Source: a virus
Lineage: Duplodnaviria; Heunggongvirae; Uroviricota; Caudoviricetes
Length of the DNA stretch: 64,000 nucleotides
IMG/VR virus record: IMGVR_UViG_2974574029_000001
Coordinates: 31,424 to 95,423 of that record
Reading direction: 5' to 3' (one strand)
Part shown: positions 48,481 through 55,715 of the stretch, in pieces
Numbering within the stretch: position 1 is the stretch's first letter
Layout of the letters: each line of letters starts with the position of its first letter
Position numbers and translations under genes: made by a program
Notes under the pieces: model-generated
What the model saw: only the letters and a program-made list of their open reading frames with translations
Database searches by the model: none
What the model was told of the DNA's origin: nothing

Positions 48481-48614
48481 GTGGCGGTGTTATCTTTATC
48501 ATCATGTCAGTGATCTCTTTCCTGCTTGTTCTTTGGTATTATTGGTCATGGTTTGAAAACAACCCTACCATCGAAGAAATAGTCAAAGATTCGCTTGACA
48601 AACACAATCTGTAA
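48477..48614 (+). CDS. small single-pass membrane protein (45 aa), hand-called
   Basis: ATGA overlap with upstream ORF; MSGGVIFIIMSVISFLLVLWYYWSWFENNPTIEEIVKDSLDKHNL. Confidence 0.3.
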   Translation: MSGGVIFIIMSVISFLLVLWYYWSWFENNPTIEEIVKDSLDKHNL

Positions 48615-48655
48615 GTGTAGTATTTAAAACCTAATTTAACGCAAAGGAGAACTTA

Positions 48656-49267
48656 ATGACTGATTCTAAAACTGTAATTTCCGTAACTGAACGTGCCACT
48701 AAAGCAGTAACCACTGCCGCTACTGGTCTGACTAAGGTAGTCGCTGAACTGCAATCTCTGGCAGAAGGGTCTGAACAGATCAGCCAGGAAATTCAGTTTA
48801 AGCAGCAGGAACTGGGACAAATTGAAGTTCAGTTCAACGAAAAACTGGCTGAAGAAAAATCCAAGCTGAAGATCAAAGTTCTGGAAAACGAAGATTCCGT
48901 TCTTAACTCTATCCTGAAAGCTCGCGGCCTTGTAGCTGTAGAACCGGGTGTTGTTGACGAACTTCGTGCAGAGCTGGCTACCTCTCAGCAGAACAATGCT
49001 GAAGCTGTAGAAAGCGCAGTTGCCGACGTTAAACGTAGTGCTGCAATTGAACTGAATGCGGTTAAGGCAAATCTGGAGTCTGCTCACAAGGTTGCAATTG
49101 CAGAACTTACTGCGAACAGCAAGGCTAAGGATGACCGTATTGCAATGCTGACTGAGCAGCTTGAAGCAGCGCGTGGCGATCTGAAGGCTGAACGCGAAAC
49201 CCGTCTGGAAATCGCAAAAGCGGACGCTAACCGCCAAGGCGTAGTTGTCAATACTGGCAAAAACTAA
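48656..49267 (+). CDS. coiled-coil protein (paralog A)
   Basis: 203 aa, Ala/Glu/Lys-rich heptads; GCAAAGGAGAA RBS context shared with the next gene. Confidence 0.45.
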   Translation: MTDSKTVISVTERATKAVTTAATGLTKVVAELQSLAEGSEQISQEIQFKQQELGQIEVQFNEKLAEEKSKLKIKVLENEDSVLNSILKARGLVAVEPGVVDELRAELATSQQNNAEAVESAVADVKRSAAIELNAVKANLESAHKVAIAELTANSKAKDDRIAMLTEQLEAARGDLKAERETRLEIAKADANRQGVVVNTGKN

Positions 49268-49275
49268 TACGTAGT

Positions 49276-49301
49276 GCCGACATGGATGTCGGCTAATTTT
49301 T
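49276..49301 (+). terminator. rho-independent terminator
   Basis: GCCGACA-TGGA-TGTCGGC followed by TAATTTTT. Confidence 0.55.
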
Positions 49302-49344
49302 GAAGTTCATTAAAATTTAAAATTTATTGCAAAGGAGAATATTT

Positions 49345-49992
49345 ATGACTACCAAGATTTCTGTGACTCGTGCTCTGGCAACTCTTTCTAAGATCGAAGA
49401 CAAGATCACGAAACGCATTAACACCCTGGAAACCATCCACGTTGCTCGCGGTGAAGGTGACCGTAAGGCAATCCCAGGTTCTCTGGCTTCTGTATCTGCT
49501 TTCGAAAGCGCAGCGGTTTCTGACTTCCAAGGTCTTGTTGACTTGATGAAAGTTCGTGATGAACTGAAAGCTGCGGTAGTACAGTCCAACGCAGTTACCA
49601 AGGTAACTGTCGGTGGTGTTGAGATGACTGTCGCTCAGGCTATCGAGCGCAAGCGTACAATCGTCTTTAATGAGCAACTGCTTGCTAAACTGATTGCTCA
49701 GTACAATCATGGCAAGATTCTCCTTAAGAAAGAGAATAGCGATTTTGAGATGAAGCTGGAACAGGCTCGCGCACCTTACATCAGTCGTGATAAGGCACCT
49801 GATCCAGAGCAGATCAAGACCGTTGAAGCTCCGGTCCGTCTGATGGGTACTCCGAGCATCGTTGATCCGCTTAATTTGGCAGTTCGCATTCGTTCTCTGG
49901 AAGCAGAGATTGAAGACTTTAAGTCTAACGTTGACTTTGTTCTTTCCGAGTCAAATGCACGGACTGAAGTAGAGATTGAAGGATCAATCTAA
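49345..49992 (+). CDS. coiled-coil protein (paralog B)
   Basis: Start at MTTKISV after GCAAAGGAGAATATTT; similar N-terminus and composition to 48656..49267. Confidence 0.45.
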   Translation: MTTKISVTRALATLSKIEDKITKRINTLETIHVARGEGDRKAIPGSLASVSAFESAAVSDFQGLVDLMKVRDELKAAVVQSNAVTKVTVGGVEMTVAQAIERKRTIVFNEQLLAKLIAQYNHGKILLKKENSDFEMKLEQARAPYISRDKAPDPEQIKTVEAPVRLMGTPSIVDPLNLAVRIRSLEAEIEDFKSNVDFVLSESNARTEVEIEGSI

Positions 49993-50382
49993 AATATCTT
50001 CAGGAATTCTTGATTAACCTCTTGTAATTCCTGCGGATAGCTGGTAAAGTTTTTAAATGCTGTTTTTGGTTAGCGAAGTCAGAAACATCTTGCCTCTACC
50101 GGGGCCGGAGGTTAAACTGCTCCGAACATAATCATATAGGATGATACTTAAACGTATGTTTCCGCAGACCATACATCTGCCGAAATTGTCGAATCGCGAA
50201 TTCGAAAGACTTCAAAATTCAACACTCAAAGATTATCGTTCAAAGCTTAATGTTTAAACTTGAAACTTCTAAACCGTAAAGTTAAAATTTCTTTGATTAC
50301 TTAAATCCTGGATATAGGATCTTAGCTCACAAGATATGGCTAACTGACTCCTCCAGGCTGTTAATCGGAAACAGTATGCTTC

Positions 50383-50457
50383 GCTCTCATCGTATAATGG
50401 CTATTACAGCGGCTTTGTAACCCGTTAATCTCTGTTCGATTCAGTGTGGGAGCACCA
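50383..50457 (+). tRNA. tRNA-like, possible tRNA-Thr (anticodon TGT), degenerate
   Basis: Acceptor GCTCTCA/TGGGAGC (one G-U), loop TTTGTAA, TTCGATT T-loop, CCA. One mismatch each in the D, anticodon and T stems. Abuts the HNH start codon. Confidence 0.3.
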
Positions 50458-50850
50458 ATGTTTATTTGTCTTTGTTGCAAAAAAGAATGTAAAATAAAGA
50501 AAAACACCTTATCTAAATATTGTTCTAATAAGTGCCAGAGAGATTACGAATACAAGGCTAGGGTCGAGTCTTGGCTGAGAGGGGAATATCTTGGATACAC
50601 GGGGAAGACAGCTCAAATAGCAAACTTCGTGAGAAGATACCTCTTAGAGACAAGAGGAGAGAAATGTGAGTCTTGTGGTTGGAGTAAACGACATCCGGTA
50701 GACGGGGCTATTCTTCTTGAGATTGACCATATTGATGGGGATGCTAGGAACTGTGAGCCTTCTAATCTTAAGATACTTTGTCCTAACTGCCACGCTATGA
50801 CACCTACATTTAGGGCAAGAAACAAGATATCCAGTAGGATAAGAAAATAA
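50458..50850 (+). CDS. HNH endonuclease
   Basis: CESCGWSKRHPVDGAILLEIDHIDGDARNCEPSNLKILCPNCHAM. ATG directly follows the CCA of the tRNA-like element. Confidence 0.55.
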   Translation: MFICLCCKKECKIKKNTLSKYCSNKCQRDYEYKARVESWLRGEYLGYTGKTAQIANFVRRYLLETRGEKCESCGWSKRHPVDGAILLEIDHIDGDARNCEPSNLKILCPNCHAMTPTFRARNKISSRIRK

Positions 50851-51146
50851 CCAATGCCGGGTAAGCGGTTTGTCAACTGCGGGGTCCCTCCAGACCTGAA
50901 AAATACGCCAAAAATAATAGTACGGCTAAATACATAGGTGGTTAGATTCCACCACCCGGCTCCAAATCTATTTTGCGAGGTTCTGAAACACTTAAAATCT
51001 CCTGCATCTAATGGGATGTGATCTCTGTGTCAGCTCTTATATCAAGTTGATGAAAGGGATGGCGTAGGCTCTGCTTCGCAAGCAGGGGCGCTTCGGGGAG
51101 ACAACGGCGGTTGTCATGACATCGGAACTTCACAAAATAGATTTCT

Positions 51147-51235
51147 GCGGGATTGGTGGTATTGGCAGTACACACGAGGCTTAAGACTTCGTAGGCCTCT
51201 TGGCCTTGAGGGTTCGAATCCCTCATCCCGCACCA
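51147..51235 (+). tRNA. tRNA-Leu (anticodon TAA)
   Basis: GCGGGAT/ATCCCGC, loop CTTAAGA, long variable arm AGGCC-TCTT-GGCCT, GAGGG-TTCGAAT-CCCTC, CCA. Confidence 0.75.
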
Positions 51236-51312
51236 GAATTATGGGGTACTTAACCGATAACACTCCCGGCTTCCAACGCGTGGGGGAGTGCGGAGAGTCC
51301 CCGCCAAATACA

Positions 51313-51388
<76 letters not shown>

Positions 51389-51393
51389 AAAAA

Positions 51394-51467
51394 GCGCGGT
51401 TGCTGGAGTGGTAACAGCTTTCTCTGCAAAAGAAATGTCAGGTGTTCGATTCGCCTACCGTGCTCCA
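51394..51467 (+). tRNA. tRNA-Cys (anticodon GCA)
   Basis: GCGCGGT/ACCGTGC, D-stem GCTG/CAGC, anticodon stem TTTCT/AGAAA, loop CTGCAAA, AGGTG-TTCGATT-CGCCT, CCA. Confidence 0.65.
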
Positions 51468-51552
51468 AGTTGTTGAATATTTTTATAAAAAATGATAAAA
51501 TAGCCCTTGACAGATAAATTTAAATCTGATAACATTAATAAGTGGGGTTATT

Positions 51553-51903
51553 ATGGCAGTAAAACAACAACTTACAAAGCGTCGTAGAGGAAAAGGTAGA
51601 CCTCTTAAAGAAGAGTCTAATGCTATTCAGCTTGAGAAGAATATCCTTGACCTTAAGACCAATATGATTGCTATGATTCCTGATGCTCATAAAGTGCTAA
51701 AAGACCTTATGACAAGTGCCACAACAAAGGACAATATCAGGGAAAATATTGCTCGATTTGTAATTGAGAAAGGTGAACAAATGCTTTCTGATTACTTCGA
51801 TGAAGAGAATGAAGAAGCTGAAACAACTAATGTTGATGATAAGAAATCTACTCCTATGAGTAAGCCATTCACAACAGATATTGTTCAGTTCAAACAAGGT
51901 TAA
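51553..51903 (+). CDS. hypothetical protein inside the tRNA cluster
   Basis: 116 aa with a basic N-terminus and acidic C-terminus. Confidence 0.35.
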   Translation: MAVKQQLTKRRRGKGRPLKEESNAIQLEKNILDLKTNMIAMIPDAHKVLKDLMTSATTKDNIRENIARFVIEKGEQMLSDYFDEENEEAETTNVDDKKSTPMSKPFTTDIVQFKQG

Positions 51904-51905
51904 AT

Positions 51906-51992
51906 GCGTCGTTAGACCGTAGGGGTAGCGGGACAGACTGTAAATCTGTTGCTCAAAAGGCTCGGGTAGTTCGACTCTATCACGGCGCACCA
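51906..51992 (+). tRNA. tRNA-Tyr (anticodon GTA)
   Basis: GCGTCGT/ACGGCGC, anticodon stem ACAGA/TCTGT, loop CTGTAAA, long variable arm, GGTAG-TTCGACT-CTATC, CCA; 87 nt. Confidence 0.7.
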
Positions 51993-51998
51993 ATTAAT

Positions 51999-52073
51999 GG
52001 GAGTATAGTTCAGCGGTAGAACGCTCGACCGATAATCGAGAGGTCTCTGGTTCGATCCCAGATACTCCCACCA
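51999..52073 (+). tRNA. tRNA-Ile (anticodon GAT)
   Basis: GGGAGTA/TACTCCC, GTTC-AGCGGTA-GAAC, loop CCGATAA, TCTGG-TTCGATC-CCAGA, CCA. Confidence 0.8.
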
Positions 52074-52082
52074 ATATAACTA

Positions 52083-52157
52083 GAGGCCGTAGTATAGCGG
52101 GAATTATGACTGGCTTCCACCCAGTAGATGAGAGTTCAATTCTCTCCGGTCTCTCCA
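52083..52157 (+). tRNA. tRNA-Gly (anticodon TCC)
   Basis: GAGGCCG/CGGTCTC, ACTGG-CTTCCAC-CCAGT, GAGAG-TTCAATT-CTCTC, CCA. Confidence 0.75.
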
Positions 52158-52172
52158 ACTTCAAGAGGCTCC

Positions 52173-52691
52173 ATGAAAGAGTTGTGGAAAGATGTTGAAG
52201 GATATGAGGAATTCTTCATGATAAGCAATCTTGGAAACCTCTATAGTAAAAGAAGTTTTAGGTGTCTTAAACTGAGTACGTTGCCCTCTGGATATGTGCA
52301 ACACACTACGAGGATTGGTGGTAGAGGCGGCAGATATGTTGCATTTCGTATACACCGTCTTGTGGCAAAAGCTTTTATCAGTAATCCTGAAGGGAAGCCA
52401 GAGGTTAATCATAAAAATGGCAACAAAAGTGATAATAGGGTAAGTAATCTTGAATGGGTAACCCCATCTGAAAATGTTCGTCATGCTTTCGATACAGGTT
52501 TATCAAAAGCCAGAAGTGGTATTTACAATAGTAGAAGTAAACTTTCCATCTCTCAAGTTGAAGAGATAAGAGAAAGAAGACTACAAGGTGAAACATGCAG
52601 GTCTCTTGCTGAAGAGTTTTGTGTTCACCATATGCAGATTTCGAGAATCTGTAGGGGAGTCTCTTACAAAACAAATGCTCCTATCGGCTAA
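52173..52691 (+). CDS. HNH homing endonuclease (NUMOD4 + HNH_3)
   Basis: MKELWKDVEGYEEFFMISNLGNLYS and VNHKNGNKSDNRVSNLEWVTPSEN. Start at the internal ATG 16 nt after the tRNA-Gly CCA. Confidence 0.6.
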   Translation: MKELWKDVEGYEEFFMISNLGNLYSKRSFRCLKLSTLPSGYVQHTTRIGGRGGRYVAFRIHRLVAKAFISNPEGKPEVNHKNGNKSDNRVSNLEWVTPSENVRHAFDTGLSKARSGIYNSRSKLSISQVEEIRERRLQGETCRSLAEEFCVHHMQISRICRGVSYKTNAPIG

Positions 52692-52752
52692 ATGGACAGG
52701 CCGTCATACTTTCAATCTGGAAATCCGAGTTCGATCCTCGGTGGGAGTGCCA
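52677..52752 (+). tRNA. tRNA-like remnant (acceptor stem + T-arm + CCA, no convincing D/anticodon arms)
   Basis: GCTCCTA (inside the HNH 3-prime end) pairs with TGGGAGT. CCGAG-TTCGATC-CTCGG T-arm and CCA present. 76 nt, but the internal region does not fold as a cloverleaf. Confidence 0.25.
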
Positions 52753-52758
52753 AATAAT

Positions 52759-52862
52759 GGGTATCTAAGGCGAATTGGAAAACGCCCGGTGAAGTGGGTG
52801 CGCACCTTGTAGCTCACTGGCATACTTGCTGAGGTTCGTTCGAATCGGACTGATGCCCACCA
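52759..52862 (+). tRNA. over-long (104 nt) tRNA-like gene
   Basis: Perfect 7-bp acceptor pairing GGGTATC/GATGCCC, D-arm-like GGCG-N10-CGCC, T-arm GTTCG-TTCGAAT-CGGAC, discriminator A and CCA. Roughly 30 nt of extra internal sequence; no anticodon assignable. Confidence 0.25.
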
Positions 52863-52874
52863 AACAATGTGCGG

Positions 52875-52949
52875 GTAACTTAATTGCTCCGGGAGCAAGC
52901 TGGTCTCCAAAGCCAGTCGTAAGGGGTTCGACTCCTCACCTTCATGCCA
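52875..52949 (+). tRNA. tRNA-like with Trp-type anticodon arm (CCA anticodon) but unpaired acceptor
   Basis: D-arm TTGC-TCCGGGA-GCAA, anticodon arm CTGGT-CTCCAAA-GCCAG, T-arm AGGGG-TTCGACT-CCTCA and terminal GCCA all lie at canonical spacing. The 5-prime and 3-prime ends do not base-pair. Confidence 0.25.
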
Positions 52950-53104
52950 GATAATGGGGGCGACCGGATGTTGAAAATGACTATGATCTACCGCTGCAAC
53001 GGGAAATCTTGTCGGTCATAAGTAAGCATGGCGGCAACAAAATAAGCTGAGGATTGCAGTCCGATACTTAGCCTGGCTCGGTTTCAGGCGCCCTCACCGA
53101 TTGT

Positions 53105-53180
53105 AGGGAGATGGTGTAATTGGTTAGCACACGGGTCTTTGAAATCCGTAGTTCAGGTTCAAGTCCTGATCTCCCTGCCA
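53105..53180 (+). tRNA. tRNA-Gln (anticodon TTG)
   Basis: AGGGAGA/TCTCCCT, GTGT-AATTGGTTA-GCAC, CGGGT-CTTTGAA-ATCCG, TCAGG-TTCAAGT-CCTGA, CCA. Confidence 0.75.
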
Positions 53181-53372
53181 AGTTTTAGTGTTTTCTTTTG
53201 AGAATACTCATGCGTGGCCTAAGCATTTATCAGATGATGTTCAACCTGTGACGTTGAGGAAGTGGGAGCGATACCCACAGGTCACCCCAAATTGCAGATA
53301 CGTGAACATCTCTAACTTCCCCTTAATTGGTTCTAGTCGAGATTTTCGTTTATACGTTATCTGCCGCGATTT

Positions 53373-53464
53373 GGTGGAATGGTCGAGAGGTTTAAGACAG
53401 CATCTTGGAAAGATGTCGGCCCCTTAACAGGGGTCCGTAGGTTCGAATCCTACTTCCACCGCCA
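53373..53464 (+). tRNA. tRNA-Ser (anticodon GGA)
   Basis: GGTGGAA/TTCCACC, GCATC-TTGGAAA-GATGT, long variable arm GGCCCC-TTAACA-GGGGTC, GTAGG-TTCGAAT-CCTAC, CCA; 92 nt. Confidence 0.7.
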
Positions 53465-53479
53465 CTTTATGGAGGGTTC

Positions 53480-53638
53480 ATGCAGAAGCTATTGCGTTGT
53501 AAGAAAGTGTTTGGTCGTTGCAAACTCCACGGAAGTAACTGTGGTGTTGCTGAAGAGATTCAATCTATTCCGATCACTCGCGCAAAAGAGAAAATGGATC
53601 TTCGTAAAGAGATTAAAGAACAATTGGAAGATTGGTGA
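53480..53638 (+). CDS. small Cys-containing protein (52 aa), hand-called
   Basis: GGAGGG RBS; MQKLLRCKKVFGRCKLHGSNCGVAEE... The stop overlaps the start of the next tRNA. Confidence 0.3.
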   Translation: MQKLLRCKKVFGRCKLHGSNCGVAEEIQSIPITRAKEKMDLRKEIKEQLEDW

Positions 53639-53711
53639 AATGGTAGCCACAGCGGTTTGCTAAACCGCCATCCGAAAGGGTGTGCAAGTTCAACCCTTGC
53701 ATCTTCCGCCA
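53626..53711 (+). tRNA. tRNA-Ser (anticodon GCT)
   Basis: GGAAGAT/ATCTTCC, GCGGT-TTGCTAA-ACCGC, long variable arm, GCAAG-TTCAACC-CTTGC, CCA. Confidence 0.7.
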
Positions 53712-53735
53712 AAACAACAAGGAGGAACAAATCGA

Positions 53736-54182
53736 ATGGCGACGAAAACTGTTTTGAAAACAGCCGAGCATGATGAGTGCCTTGGGAGTTCAACTCTCCC
53801 TTCCTCCGCCAAATATTGCAATGGGTGCGCAACAACGTATCCAATAAGCGAGTTCTACACGATAGGTAAGTACAAAGACAAAATGAAATATAAACCTTTG
53901 TGCAAACGTTGTGAGAATAAACGCAGAAAAGAAAGGAATCTTGAGATAATCAAGGAAGTGTTTGGAGAAAATCTCTGCTGCTCATCTTGTGGATATGACA
54001 AGTGCTTTGCTGCTCTTGACTTCCATCATGTAGATGCAGAATCGAAAGACTTCAATATCGCTAAGATGCTACTTGGGACGCCAGCAAAAGAGAAGCTGGC
54101 AGCAGAATTGAAGAAGTGTATGATTCTTTGTGCGAATTGTCACAGGGAGCACCACGCAGAAGAAAGATTATCGGATAGGTAG
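53736..54182 (+). CDS. HNH endonuclease
   Basis: Start at MATKTVLK after AAGGAGGAAC; Cys-rich CNGC...CKRC...CSSCGYDKC and ILCANCHREHH. Confidence 0.55.
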   Translation: MATKTVLKTAEHDECLGSSTLPSSAKYCNGCATTYPISEFYTIGKYKDKMKYKPLCKRCENKRRKERNLEIIKEVFGENLCCSSCGYDKCFAALDFHHVDAESKDFNIAKMLLGTPAKEKLAAELKKCMILCANCHREHHAEERLSDR

Positions 54183-54248
54183 CCGAGCGGTCAGGCATTC
54201 GCCTTTTAAGCGAAGAGACGATGGGTTCAAATCCCTCCCTTCCCACCA
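54173..54248 (+). tRNA. tRNA-like, degenerate (Ser/Leu-type D-loop; TTT in anticodon position)
   Basis: GCCGAGCGGTCAGGC D-loop typical of type II tRNAs. TTCGC-CTTTTAA-GCGAA anticodon arm, GGG-TTCAAAT-CCC, CCA. The acceptor (5/7 pairs) and T-stem (3/5) pair poorly. Confidence 0.3.
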
Positions 54249-54372
54249 AATTAAATTAGTTAAAATAATTCTTGCAAAAAGTTGTTTTGACTGATAAAGT
54301 AAATACTCGATAGGGGTAAAGAGACGGCACTCTCCCTGTGACGCTGAAAGATGCAGGCCGACGAACACAAAT

Positions 54373-54457
54373 GACGAGCTGGTTCATTGGTAGAACGGCG
54401 GACTGTTAATCCGCGAGCATTAGCTCTATGTAGGTTCAATTCCTACGCTCGTCGCCA
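54373..54457 (+). tRNA. tRNA-Asn (anticodon GTT) with an unusual extended variable arm
   Basis: Perfect acceptor GACGAGC/GCTCGTC, GTTC-ATTGGTA-GAAC, GCGGA-CTGTTAA-TCCGC, 15-nt variable arm containing GAGC-ATTA-GCTC, GTAGG-TTCAATT-CCTAC, CCA. Confidence 0.6.
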
Positions 54458-54464
54458 ACTTTAT

Positions 54465-54541
54465 GGGGCCGTGACTGACAAGGTAATGGTGCCGCACTGT
54501 CGATGCGGAAAATGAGGGTTCGATCCCCTTCGGTCCCGCCA
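54465..54541 (+). tRNA. tRNA-Asp (anticodon GTC)
   Basis: GGGGCCG/CGGTCCC, CCGCA-CTGTCGA-TGCGG, GAGGG-TTCGATC-CCCTT, CCA. Confidence 0.7.
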
Positions 54542-54682
54542 ATTTGATATGTTGATGTAAATTGCAGGAATGCACTCAAAATGAGTTCGGCATATCAAAC
54601 CAATTGTACCCGAAATGGGCTTGATATTAGCTAGCCAGCGATACCAGTTGCAGTATCTGGGATAATTAAAATTCTGCACCTT

Positions 54683-54760
54683 CGGAGCGTAGCGCAGTCT
54701 GGTCAGCGTGGGTGCCTTGGATGCACTGGGTCGCAGGTTCGAATCCTGCCGCTCCGACCA
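54683..54760 (+). tRNA. tRNA-Pro (anticodon TGG)
   Basis: CGGAGCG/CGCTCCG, GGTGC-CTTGGAT-GCACT, GCAGG-TTCGAAT-CCTGC, CCA. Confidence 0.75.
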
Positions 54761-54766
54761 CTTTTA

Positions 54767-54842
54767 GCAGGTATAGTTCAACTGGACAGAGCATCAGTTT
54801 ACGAAGCTGAGAATCGGGGTTCGAATCCCTGTACTTGCACCA
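54767..54842 (+). tRNA. tRNA-Arg (anticodon ACG)
   Basis: GCAGGTA/TACTTGC, TCAGT-TTACGAA-GCTGA, CGGGG-TTCGAAT-CCCTG, CCA. Confidence 0.7.
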
Positions 54843-54846
54843 ACAT

Positions 54847-54922
54847 GGGGCTGTAGTTTATTTGGATAAAATCACAGGCTTGCACCTTGTAGAACTGAGT
54901 TCGATTCTCAGTGGCTCCACCA
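54847..54922 (+). tRNA. tRNA-Ala (anticodon TGC)
   Basis: GGGGCTG/TGGCTCC (G-U rich), ACAGG-CTTGCAC-CTTGT, CTGAG-TTCGATT-CTCAG, CCA. Confidence 0.65.
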
Positions 54923-55025
54923 AAAGAAGGCTGAGATTTCTTCGTGACCTCAGCGTTAAATAGTCCTCAAGCATCATTTCGGTGGTGAGCTTCTCGGGTA
55001 GCGCCCGGTTAATGAGGCAATATAC

Positions 55026-55112
55026 GGGCAAGTGGCGGAATTGGTAGACGCACTGGATTTAGGTTCCAGCGCCCATCGTGGTGTGAGAGTTCGAGTCTCT
55101 CCTTGCCCACCA
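55026..55112 (+). tRNA. tRNA-Leu (anticodon TAG)
   Basis: GGGCAAG/CTTGCCC, GCG-GAATTGGTAGA-CGC, CTGGA-TTTAGGT-TCCAG, long variable arm, GAGAG-TTCGAGT-CTCTC, CCA. Confidence 0.75.
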
Positions 55113-55209
55113 TAAAGAATAGTCAGACTCTGGTTGAATGTGAGTAGGGTTGAGTAGGCGTACTCAATGTGGATTCCGATACTGGAGTCACGCGAGTTTC
55201 TGACTATCT

Positions 55210-55285
55210 GGGGTTGTAGCTCAGTTGGTAGAGCACCTGATTGAAGATCAGGGTGTCGGTGGTTCGAGTCCACCCGGCCCCACCA
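55210..55285 (+). tRNA. tRNA-Phe (anticodon GAA)
   Basis: GGGGTTG/CGGCCCC, GCTC-AGTTGGTA-GAGC, CCTGA-TTGAAGA-TCAGG, GGTGG-TTCGAGT-CCACC, CCA. Confidence 0.8.
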
Positions 55286-55498
55286 AACAATGTCCTTTGG
55301 GAAGCGTAACTGCCTTATGGCTCGTGGCAAGACTCAGGGGTGTTTTTGACAACACCGAGGGCACCTTTCAATTGCGTGGTAGTGAAATGGATATATAGAT
55401 CACGCTGGCCTCATAAGCCGGAAATTGCTTGTTCAACTCAAGCTCACGCATCCAAATTCTAATAACAATAAATTATTATATCTCCTCTCCTTTGCCTC

Positions 55499-55526
55499 GC
55501 CCCGCTCTTGCGGGGCTTTTCTTTTT
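55499..55526 (+). terminator. rho-independent terminator closing the tRNA cluster
   Basis: GCCCCGC-TCTT-GCGGGGC followed by TTTTCTTTTTCT. Confidence 0.65.
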
Positions 55527-55565
55527 CTGGTACACTCTAAAAGTAACTTACTAAAGGAGACCAGA

Positions 55566-55715
55566 ATGATCCACACTTACGATAAAAATGAACACCTTCG
55601 AGAATACCGCCTGCTTAAAAGCTTCTTTGCTGATGATATCTATCATATCCTCCGTAGTCTTGATGTGATGATCGCCGGAGGTCCATCACCGCCCTCTTTA
55701 CCAACCGAGAAGTGA
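55566..55715 (+). CDS. small protein (49 aa)
   Basis: AAAGGAGACCAGA before the ATG; MIHTYDKNEHLREYRLLKSFFADDIYHILRSLDVMIAGGPSPPSLPTEK. Confidence 0.35.
   Translation: MIHTYDKNEHLREYRLLKSFFADDIYHILRSLDVMIAGGPSPPSLPTEK

Noticed and set aside
51236-51312. Hairpin-rich spacer (7-bp stem CACTCCC...GGGAGTG with a 16-nt loop, plus GCGG-AGAGTCC-CCGC) between tRNA-Leu and tRNA-Arg
   Set aside because: It was tested as a tRNA, but the acceptor pairing gives at most 4 bp, there is no T-loop consensus, and no anticodon arm of the right geometry. It is left as an uncharacterised structured spacer.
53188-53663. Plus-strand ORFs 53188..53427 and 53379..53663
   Set aside because: They read through tRNA-Ser(GGA) and the spacer and start with GTG or ATG inside tRNA sequence. 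The hand-called 52-aa ORF at 53480 and the tRNAs are preferred.
55122-55205. AGTCAGA...TCTGACT 7-bp terminal pairing spanning 84 nt between tRNA-Leu(TAG) and tRNA-Phe
   Set aside because: It has no T-arm, no CCA and no cloverleaf interior, so it is probably a coincidental inverted repeat.
54974-55330. Minus-strand ORF 54974..55330 (118 aa)
   Set aside because: It is antisense to tRNA-Leu(TAG) and tRNA-Phe, so the coding assignment was dropped.
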